DNA of 64,000 nucleotides from Eledone cirrhosa. Taxonomy: Eukaryota. This document shows, in pieces, positions 13,889 to 24,612 of the stretch. Location of the stretch: NCBI GenBank assembly GCA_964016885.1, contig OZ024740.1:395002001-395066000 (forward strand), written 5' to 3'. The first letter of the stretch is position 1. Every line of letters begins with the position of its first letter. A model generated the notes under the pieces. That model did not search any database and was not told the origin of the DNA. It saw only the letters and a program-made list of their open reading frames with translations. The position numbers were made by a program, and so were the translations under genes.

Positions 13889-15925
13889 GAGCTGACACAG
13901 TCTAAATAGCTAACAGAACAGACTTCCCTCGGTTTCCACAACGAATGTTCTAGGTTTCTAATGAACGAAACGGCCGGTTTGTGAAATTAACGTACATGTG
14001 GTTGAGCATTCAACAGGCACGTATTTCTCAGGGCAATTCTACACGAGAGAATGTGTGACAAGACGGGACCTTTGAAGTACAAGTAAAATTCATTCGATAG
14101 GCTTCCAACTATGGTAAATGACACTTGTCAAATATACCACTCAGGTGGATCGAATTCTGGCGTTTATGATTGCGAAACAAACCTATTAACTATTCAGCTA
14201 TGCTGCATCAATTATAAAATGAAATTATCTGCCATGATAACCTTTTAATGTTTCCACATCCACACTTGGATTTTAGTTTTTCTAAATTACCTCTGGCCTT
14301 GTCTCCCGAGACTTCACTTTACTACTCTCATCACTGAATTCCTAGCACTCTATTTGTCAAGTTCTCTTTCCCTCCCTCAAACACTCTTCTCTCCTATTCC
14401 GTTCAAATACGTACATTCAGCAAACCTGTATGTTTATCCGGGATTTCCGTAAGTATCGTAAAATCATGCCTCTGTGCATGGGATGTTCTTAACCAGGGCA
14501 CAGGCCTAGAAAAGGTTTTATTTATGAATTTATGAAAGACCAGCAGTTGCCCATGTAGCAAGTCTCTCTTCTCCACGCCACCAATAGAAAAAAGCAAAAT
14601 CTGCGACAGTTGGGCAACAGAATCGGTGCCGGCATTGACGCCAGAATGCAAAAATAAAAAAAGACGGAACAAATACTGTAAGGCATCTTGTCAAACGCTC
14701 TAACAATTCACCAACCCATTGCCATTGGCTGGTACTTTTTTTACCGACTACAAAAGGGTGAAAGATAAACTTGACTTTATTGAGATTTGTAAACGCTCAG
14801 AAAACATGAACAAATAAGTATTCTATCAGATGTTCTAACGACGATACCAATTTGCCGCCTACTATCTGTTCACTTATTCCATAAACAATAAAAGATAAAA
14901 GGATTTTTTGTTCAGGAAGTGTTTCGCTGGGAATGTCAGACATTTTCATCAGCACAGGATATTCTATCTTATCAAAAGTATCTAGTTATTGAACATCTAT
15001 TGTATCGTCCAGACAAAATCGTGTAGAGTTTACCACCCCGCTCCCACCTATTTCGTCCTACCTTATTTTTATTCATTTCCCTCTCTTTCTTTTTAGCTCT
15101 TCCCGTTTGCTAATATATACAGTCTAATGTGAAATATTGAATCAATACATTTCCCATCACTATGAATTAGACGAGTTATTTTACTCTCTTTTTGTATTTA
15201 TAAAATAGTCAAAAGAGAAGGGGAAGTGCATACTAATGACTTTAGATGGGCATTCCAATTTAATGAAATTGATAGTAATGAGCATCAAACTCTGAAGGTC
15301 GTCGGCTCCTGAGTAAAAATGTGGGTTGTGAGAGTATTCCAGTGATTTGCAGTCATAGCATCAGTGTACATCTGACGTGACGTGTTTGTTAGTGCTTTTT
15401 AGTTCAAGATCAGCCACGAGCTAACAGCTGTAACAGCTCTATCCTTTTCTTAATCAGATATTAGATAATATAATCCTAGAATGTAATGAGGGATTTTTAA
15501 CTGCTATTTATAACAGATTGAACGTCCACATAGAATATCCAATCAGTTGTATGCTGATGATGTATAGTTATAAGAAAGAGTAAAAGGTAATAATTGTTTC
15601 TACTTTTGGCACAAGGCCAGCAATTATCCCAGTGCATTACTGGTGCTTTATTTTATCTACTCCGTAAGAATGAAAGGCAAAGTTAACCTCGGTGGGATTT
15701 GAACTCAGACCATAAAGGGCCGTAACTCTATGCGTCAAAGCATGGCATCCGACCCTCTACCGATACTGCCAATCCAAGGTAATAATGGTTTCTTATATAG
15801 GCACAAGGCCAGTAATTTGGGGGGAAGGGAAAGTCGATTAAATAGACCCCAGTGCGTGACTGGTACTTTATTTTATCGACCCCATAAGGATGAAAGGCAA
15901 AATTAACCTCGGCGGGATTTGAGCT
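13889..15925 (-). repeat. Donor segment of the inverted duplication, bounded by GAGCT direct repeats
   Basis: GAGCT at 13889-13893 and 15921-15925. Both ends continue into native flanks (an older repeat on the left; SINE TSD aatccaaggtaataat on the right). Confidence 0.9.
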
Positions 15926-17396
15926 CATATCATAAAGAATCCAAGGTAATAATATCTGTATATGAGGTGTTTATAACAAAATGGAAATGTTTATATTTTT
16001 AAATAACAATTTTTCTTTTCTTCTTTTAAATTGGCTTCATTCAAGAGATCATTACGTTAAATAGGAAAATGGTTTTTTAATAGCTTTTATATTTGTTTAT
16101 TGTTAACTGAGTTTATCTCCTATGAGATGTTGCTATTACTTAGTCCTTTAATCAAAATCGTTTTAGGCACAACTCCATCAATTTTTCAAGTCCCTATCCA
16201 AATTTTCATTTCGTTTTTGTTTTTTTTAAAGGCGGCACTGTTTGATTTTAAGGCGATTCAGCAGCTATTAAGTCCAATATCACGTAGAGTTTATTTGTTG
16301 GTGTCAGTGATTATTGTAACGTACAATTGACCGCTGCTTTTGTAGTTCTAGATTTAATTTTCTGCACTAAGTTTTATTTCCTGTCAAATGCTAGGTCTAC
16401 CTACACGGTTCAAATGTTAAAAATAGCCATTGCACAAATGATTCTCAGACTCAGAAAATATCAAATACGGAGTCATGGAACATTGGGGGTGCTCTAGTCT
16501 TGGCCATCTAATACTGTTTTATCCAACGTTTCCATCTTCTTTTCTCCGACAGTATATGGTTTGAGAAAGATTTGGTTGCTATTTCTAGCAGATCCAGCGA
16601 CCATATAGATGTTTACTCGTTCATACATCTAACTTGGGTTTTGGAATTAAGAGCAGGTTCTCTTTATATGGTGCTTCACAATTTCGGTCAACACCCAACT
16701 CTGGATATTCCGAGTAATAAAGTCTAATTCTGTTGGGAATATTGTTGTCAGTTTTTAGCAAGCAGACCAATGTTTAAGTATGTTCCATCGAACCAGGAAA
16801 ATTCTGTTATATTTTTAAGAAAAGTGTATCTTGAACTGTATGATCTAATGTGTCCTTTTTTATGACGGTGGAGAAGCTGGCATTTTATGCTAGATTTGGT
16901 TGCTATTTCTAGGCGTTTGAGCAGTCACGTAAACACCTCCATAGTCGGCTTTTCATTCTATCTGGATTGATGTTAAAGTAGGAAACATCAGAGACCAATG
17001 CTAGCTGCCACTCTACTTGAAAAGGGATCGTTGAGCTAACAAATGTGCCTCTTTGTAAATTAATTAAATGTTCCATTCAAAAGAAGCATTTAGCAAATAA
17101 TTGAGTTTGTCGGATCTTTCATGTATAATGTAAAGGAAATCATAGTTTCCTTTGAAATTTGAATGATACAGAAGCAATGCTTAAATTTCCTGGTGCAATT
17201 GCTAAAAGTGATGCAGGTGAATGTATGTTCTTGTGTAAGAAGTTTCGCTGTCTTCCGCCGTTCTTGCCGTATATATTTACTTTTACAACAATGATAATCT
17301 GTAGTATATTCCCATCTGTTTCTCTGTCTACATACCTACCTGGCTTCCTATCGTCCTATCTGTTTGTTTGCCATTCTATTTATCTATCCATTGTTA

Positions 17397-17468
<72 letters not shown>

Positions 17469-17660
17469 AATCAAAAATATTGATCGAATAAATAACTCAA
17501 AACATCAAGTAAAGTGAAAGAAATATATTTCATTATTGATACTTGGAGGTTTTACTCAGTAAAGGTTTTCGAACTGTAGTGAAAACTTGATATATATATA
17601 TATATAATTGGTGTGGAATGCTTAAAGCGTCCGTATGCGGTATACCATTTGAGCACTCGA

Positions 17661-17755
17661 GACGTATGTGAGGATCTTGCGATTTCAGAGTCAGGCTCGA
17701 TCACTGTATCGATCGTGCCTCGAGCTGGTCACCAGAGAAACGATTGTAATATGTC
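17661..17755 (+). ncRNA. Hammerhead motif with mutated core (C3->G), probably inactive
   Basis: gacgtat-GTGAGGA-tct...aga-GAAA-cgattg-TA^-atatgtc; 7-bp stem I; lies between (TA)n tracts. Confidence 0.55.
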
Positions 17756-17815
17756 TAATAAATTCGTCGCACCACTGATTCTCTGTTTCTTATGTGATAT
17801 ATATACATATATATA

Positions 17816-18599
17816 TTGTCTGTTTACCCTCGCGTCCCCTTTATTTACGTGTCCCAACGACTTTTTTTAGCCTTTGCTCGCACCAACCGGAGGTATATGG
17901 TCTTTAAAGCGATGAAATGCCTATGATGGTTGGAAGATTACTTATGAAGGACAAACTTTTTTCATATGTAACCCATTTGCAACTCCGCAGTGCCCTTATT
18001 ATCATATTTACACATATTTTTTCCTCTGCTGCTACCCGTCTTTTTCGTTCTATGTATCTTTACCCTTTCTAGCAGTCTCTCTCTCTGTTAGCCTCTTCCT
18101 CACCCTTCACTCACTCATTCTCTGTCACTACCTCTCCTCCTCCTCTTTCTTCCCGTTTGACCTGTGTGTAATTCTTTTCTCTCGCACGCTTGGCCAAGCT
18201 GGTCCGAATTTTTTCTCTCTCTCGTCTACGATTTCACAGAACTTATGTTTACCGAATTCGCAGACCAGACCCCTTCTTCCTCCCGTTAGACCTGTGCGAA
18301 ATTCCTTCCTTGCTCACATTTCAACCAGGTCTCTCGTTCACGATTTCACCGAATTTAAATTCATAGAAATCTGGGACTTGTCTCTTTCTTCCTCACTTTC
18401 TGTTGCTTCACCATTTTGTTTGTTTACCCTCGCGTCCTCTTTATATACGTGTCCCAACGACTTTTTTTAGCCGTTGCTCGCACCAACCGGAGGTATATGG
18501 TCTTTAAAGCGATGAAATGCCTATGATGGTTGGAAGATCACTGATGAATGACAAACCTTTTCATATGTAACCCATTTGCAACTCCGCAGCGCCCTTATT

Positions 18600-18606
<7 letters not shown>
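17816..18606. repeat. ~190-bp direct repeats 600 bp apart around a pyrimidine-rich core, TA-flanked
   Basis: tgtttaccctcgcgtc...gcccttattatcatat at 17821-18007 and 18421-18606. Confidence 0.9.
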
Positions 18607-18681
<75 letters not shown>

Positions 18682-18811
18682 CAAAAGTTGTATTTAAAAT
18701 TGTTGGGTTACAAAAAGTAAATATTTTATAACTGATATAAAGCACTCGACAAGTTTTTGGAGTAGATATACGATATTAAACAAATGGAAACTATATTTAT
18801 AAAACCATATT

Positions 18812-18877
18812 TATTTCATTATACATATTTCAGGGATACCATATTAAAAATATGGCATGCCTTCGTCAGATAAAATA
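18812..18877 (-). ncRNA. Type I hammerhead ribozyme (mirror of 19081-19146)
   Basis: Reverse complement of the right-arm motif. Confidence 0.85.
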
Positions 18878-19080
18878 CAATATATAAACAGTTTTATAAG
18901 TAATTTTGACGTACCCTATTATAAGCGACCATTATATTTGGTAGCTGTCTGGATAGTGATTTGTTTATAATTATTATAACTAAATAATTATAAACAAATC
19001 ACTATCCAGACAGCTACCAAATATAATGGTCGCTTATAATAGGGTACGTCAAAATTACTTATAAAACTGTTTATATATTG

Positions 19081-19146
19081 TATTTTATCTGACGAAGGCA
19101 TGCCATATTTTTAATATGGTATCCCTGAAATATGTATAATGAAATA
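19081..19146 (+). ncRNA. Type I hammerhead ribozyme, family A
   Basis: tattttat-CTGACGA-long stem II (aggcatgccatatt/aatatggtatccct)-GAAA-tatgta-TA^-atgaaata; 8-bp stem I; quasi-palindromic helix III. Confidence 0.85.
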
Positions 19147-19186
19147 AATATGGTTTTATAAATATAGTTTCCATTTGTTTAATATC

Positions 19187-19264
<78 letters not shown>

Positions 19265-19272
19265 GTATATAT

Positions 19273-19348
<76 letters not shown>

Positions 19349-19400
19349 AAGAGGGTATACCCGGTGGACCATCACGATACTTGGAGTAGTAGAGTGGGTG

Positions 19401-19503
19401 ATATGAAAAGATTCAGGACCCCGACGGCTGAGCTCCGGCTGTTTCGACAGCTAAATCCGAAGCGGCCGGAGCTCAGCCGTCGGAGTCCTGAATTTGTTCA
19501 TAT
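19401..19503. repeat. GC-rich hairpin with ~46-bp arms, related to 43155-43260
   Basis: attcaggaccccgacggctgagctccggctgtttcg / cgaagcggccggagctcagccgtcggagtcctgaat. Confidence 0.9.
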
Positions 19504-20101
19504 ATATATATTTAGAGAGAGAGAGAAAGAGAGAGAGAGAGTGAGATTTGTATTAAGACTGAAACAAACAACACGACATGTGTACGGAAATCATGAACAG
19601 GTAATGTTCTTAGATTAGACGTTAGACGGTTTTGCATGATTGTAAGGCAACAGAAGAAATTATAGGTTTTTTTCCCCCCGACAACGGTATGATAAATGTC
19701 GGATGTATCAGACCAACAACAAGCCAAGAACGAGTCGGTCACAGTGGATAGAAAGTAATGAAAGAAAGGACCTGCATTGGTTTGGGAGGAGGTTACAGAG
19801 AATCCGACAGTAAAAGAAAGAAAGGAAGGAGCACAGAAAAAGAAAGGGAGTGGAAAGAAAGATATATATAATCCCCCAGATAATAAAACAGTTTCAGTGT
19901 AACAATCGCGGTCTGCATAGCATTTTGTCAGTATCGGTAGAGGGTCGGACGCCATGCTTTCCAGCATAGTTACGTCCCTTTACGGTCTGAGTTCAAATCC
20001 CGCCGAGGTTAACTTTGCCTTTCATCCATACGGGGTCGATAAAATAAAGTACCAGTAATGTACTAGGTAATTGCTGGCCTTGTGCCAAAAGTAGAAACAA
20101 T

Positions 20102-20147
<46 letters not shown>

Positions 20148-20367
20148 TATGCACACGTACACATATATATATATGTGCGTACACACATATATACATATGT
20201 GTGTATATATACATACACACACATATATATACATATACATATGTACGTATGGGTTATATCGAACATTAATAATAATATTCGATTCGTTTGTAAACAAACT
20301 GCCTGATTTGAAGCTGTGTCGTGCCAGTGATCGATCGTCACTGTTTGTTCAACACTGGTTTGGGGGA

Positions 20368-20410
20368 ACAATCAACATGTTTCTGGGTCATTACCCTTCA
20401 TCAGGACTGT
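20368..20410 (-). ncRNA. Minimal type I hammerhead ribozyme (43 nt)
   Basis: Minus strand acagtc-CTGATGA-a-gggt-aatg-accc-a-GAAA-catg-TT^-gattgt; 6-bp stem I; palindromic ACATGT. Confidence 0.75.
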
Positions 20411-22133
20411 ATACCTCTGCCAGTCTGTTGAATGGTTGAAAATTTATAATATTTTCTTAAGTACACATCGGCTGAGTAGCCTCATTACCATACCGAGCTA
20501 GTTACGGCTGGCCTTGCCGAATATCAAAAATAAAATCAGAATTTCATTTCTCACCCTAGCACAGCTGATACATAAATGTATACATATGTATATATATATA
20601 AAGAGAGAGAGGGGAGAGAGTGCGATGTTGTAGACGTTGAAGAGTCCTTTATTAATAAAGCTGTGATACATATTTCAATGAAGATCATGGTCACTTGATT
20701 ATTTAACCATTCTTATAATAAAAAAATTGTTTTTGTTAGGATTGCAATCCTAACAATTGTCCGTTTCCTTGCATTTAGGACTGCCTCGGAAACAACCTCT
20801 TACTCAATATCACTATCTTATGAGATCACGAGAATGGTTAAATAATCGTATATATCACAACTTTATTAACTCTTTAACATCTACAACTTCACATTTTCCT
20901 CATTTTAATTTTACTCCGTCATTCTTTGAAGAAGTAACAAGACGTCAAGTGCTTGAATTGAATTGCATCTATATCTACTGTGTATGTATGTATGTATGTA
21001 TGTATGTATAATATGTGTGTTTGCTCGCGTGCACAAACATCCAACATCCAATCAATCATTCATAGGATACTGTTAGAGAAACAATACCCCGGTGATGAGA
21101 AAGGGGTTGAAATTCAACTACCAAAACAATACCAACTATAGTAGAAATCGCTTTTAAATTTGATCAAGAGAAGAACGATTGCGGTTTTGTTCGGGCTTAT
21201 CTGTTCGTTAAGCGAGGTTTTGATTGCGGGAAGGGTTTTTTTCATTTTAGATAATTGATTACGAGATTTTGATTTCAGTCGGTTCAGGTTTTAATAGTTA
21301 AGCTAATAGTTACTTTCAGTAAGATTGTTTATTGTCAGGCTTATGGTATTAATAGTTAAGCTAGTAGTTACTTTCAGTAAAATTGTTTATTGTCAGGCTT
21401 ATGGTATTTCATTTTAGAGTGTCGAGTAGGTATAATGTATTATGATTTCGGTTCGTTTTTTGTTGGAGGTGATATATGGTTAAAGTATGTTAATTGGTAG
21501 TTGATTTTATTCTTTGTAGATGAAATACTGATTGCGTAACGGAATGGTGGTCGTGGCATAAATATATATATAAACCACATAATATGGTGACTGAATATAT
21601 ATGGAGTTCATCGACTATGTACCATGGGTGTATGTTTCAGGGTAAAGTTCTGTATATGGTAAATTAGAATAAGGTTTAGATGTATGGATGTCATCTGTTC
21701 ATTGGATTGAAGACAGTTTTTTCGCGTTTATCGATATATACAATATATAAATCAATATACACGATAAATAGCTCCATGAACATAAGGGCTAAAATCAAAC
21801 TTTTCAGAGTTTCATTTACAAAAATATTCTTTTGGTATAATCATTGTTTCTACTTTTGGCACAAGGCCAGTAATTATCCCAGTGCATTACTGGTACTTTA
21901 TTTTATCGACCCTGTAAGGATGAAAGGCAAATCTGATCTCGGCGGGATTTGAACTCAGACCGTAAATGGCTGTAACTCTATGCTGCAAAGCATGGCATCC
22001 AACCCTCTACTGATACTGCCAATCCACCGCTCTTTTGGTATAATAATATATATAGTGTAGCAAGCAAAAATACATTTAAAAGCAAATACAATTCTACTTA
22101 CAAAATTATAATTGGTAAATCAATCATAATTGC

Positions 22134-22229
22134 TTAGAACGCGGTTTCGGATGACAATGAAAAAAATGCCAATTTCCATAATGAAAATGGTTAATTAGTA
22201 AATTAAGACAATCATCCTCTTCAGTAATC
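22134..22229 (-). ncRNA. Type I hammerhead motif with long stem II
   Basis: Minus strand gatta-CTGAAGA-ggatga...tcatcc-GAAA-ccgcgt-TC^-taag. Helix III is one change from the palindrome ACCGCGGT. Confidence 0.7.
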
Positions 22230-22409
22230 TTGTCTTACAAGAATATATTTTCACAGCCATTACAAGAAAATTCAAATAAATTGCCTTGTGTTGGTTAACG
22301 ACGCCAAGAAGACGAGTAATTTTAGAGTTAAATAAAATTTAAAAAATACCGCATATGTATTAATAAAACTACGTGTTTTTAGTTTTAAAAGCAGTCGGTT
22401 CAATGTTGA

Positions 22410-22660
22410 AAGGCTGGAGGTTAATATGGTAAGGGTGTTGGATTTACGATCGTAATGACACGGGTTCGATTTCTGGGGTGGGTTGCATGTTGTGTTTTTG
22501 AGCAAAACACTTCATTTCAAGTTGCTCCAGTATACCCAGCTAAAAATGAGTACCAGCAATAGCTGGGAGTTTAACCCTACGATGGACTGGCATCCTGTCC
22601 AAGGGGAAGTCGCTTCACGCCATGAAACTGGGATAAGCACCGACTGAACGAAGGCACACA
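22410..22660 (+). mobile_element. Second tRNA-derived SINE family (another copy at 38070-38348, minus)
   Basis: ggttcgatt B-box and body ttgagcaaaacacttcatttca...gatggactggcatcctgtccaagggg...gggataagcaccg shared by both copies. Confidence 0.8.
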
Positions 22661-22720
<60 letters not shown>

Positions 22721-24481
22721 TGTGTGTGTGTGTGTGTGTTTGTGTTTCTCGGTAAATAATGCTCTATTATAAAAAGATGTACCTATGTCACAAATAATAT
22801 GAACATTGTTCCTGTCAAAATAAATTCTGCAGAATTACCATGACATGAGTCTCATTCAGTAAAATGGCCAACAATTCAGTGAATTGTTTCCAGGGCAACG
22901 TCGAGGAAACGTTTAGTTAAAATCATAAAATTGCAAGGCGGAAACTTAGCAGTTTTAAAAACGTATCAATGAAATTTGTATTGCAATTAATATTTGATTC
23001 TAATTAACTGTAATAATTTGTTGTTATTGGTAGGATTACAGGGGTGGTTAATTGGGGGGGCATGCTCCCTCTAATAATTATATATTTTTCCCCAAACTAC
23101 CAAAATACACATTTGTATATGCGCTACAATTAATGTACATGTTATGTTAATCGCATATCGAAGTTTTTTTATATCTTAGTATTTGATAATAATTGTTTCT
23201 ACTTTTGGCACAAGGCCAGCAATTATCGCAGTGTATTACTGGTACTTTATTTTATCGACCCCGTAAGGATGAAAGGCAAAGTTAACCTCGACGGGATTTG
23301 AACTCAGACCATAAAGGGCCATAACTCTCTGCTGCAAAGCATGGCGTCAGACCCTCTACCGATACAACCAATCCACCGCCCTCGGATTAATTAACTTTGT
23401 TCTTAAGAAATAAAATGAATGGCTAAATTTTCGTATTTGTTGCTAATCGATTGTAAACAACTGGGCCAAATGCAATACTTTATTTTTCGAGACAAAATAT
23501 GTCTATTGGTTTAGTACGAAGTTACGGTAAATGTTCTTTGGATGGGGAACAATATAATATATCCATACACAACTAAAAAACGTTGAAGGATATAAAACTA
23601 TATTTAAGAAGCCTACTATACTGTAGAATAATTGATTCTACTTTAGGCACAAGGTCAGCAATTTGAGGGGATAGGGAAAGTCGAATAAATCGACCCCAGT
23701 GCATTACTGGTACTTTATTTTCTCGACCCCGTAAGGATGAAAGGCAAAGCTAACCTCAGCGGACTTTGAACTCAGAACGTAAAGGGCCGTAACTCTATGC
23801 AGCGAAGCATGTTCTCCGACACTCTACCGATTCTGCCAATCCACCGCCCTTACTATACTGTACAATAATAATTTCTTTTATAGGTCAGCAATTTTGAGGG
23901 AGGGGAAAGTCGATTAAATCGACCCCAGTACATTACTGGTACTTTATTTTATCGACCCCGTAAGGATGAAAGCAAAGTTAACCTCGGCGGATTTTGAACT
24001 CAGGCCGTAAAGGGTCGTAACTCTATGCTGCAAAGCATGGCGTCCTTACTATACTGTATAATAATAAATATCGAAGCAAAGGAATTAATTAGAAAAGGAA
24101 GACATGTTTGGGAACAGATTCACTTTTGTTTCAAGGTATTCGTTCTACGAGAAAAAAAATAGGAAAATTAGATCCATGGCAAAATTCCAGGCATTTTAAT
24201 TTATATGTTTTTGTTGAATATATTATAAGTGAAGTGATATTTACAACAGACATTACATTTTGAAACTCCCGCCTCTACAAATAGTGGAAAATGTATGTAA
24301 ATATTGAATATAATTGAGGTCTATGTGGTAATGTGAATGTGGAACTACGGAAAGATAATTGTAAGTGGGTGAAGGAGTGTTAATTTATTATGGTTAGTAA
24401 AGTGTACACATACACGCACACACGCAGTTTATTAATCTCTACTTTGGTATTGAGTATTAATTCACGCCTACGTCAACACTG

Positions 24482-24512
<31 letters not shown>

Positions 24513-24612
24513 CTACTATATATATGAAAGAGTATGTGTGTATGTATGTTTGTACGTATGTGTGTATGTCACTGAAAGACTCCGAAGCGGTGCATCCTAG
24601 AGAAAAAGGTAT

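Larger units (their letters stand above)
18679..19192. mobile_element. Fold-back hammerhead element, family A copy 1 (probable Penelope-like pLTR derivative)
   Basis: 210-bp inverted arms 18766-18975/18983-19192 with no mismatch seen, 7-nt loop, ~90-bp extension on the left, (TA)n on both sides. Confidence 0.85.

Noticed and set aside
11684-14672. Duplicated ~90-aa ORFs at 11684 and 14403
   Set aside because: Their identity reflects the inverted duplication; an 8-bp indel shifts the frame between copies.
21291-21407. 58-bp tandem duplication in a strand-skewed region
   Set aside because: Ordinary local duplication; no motif recognised.
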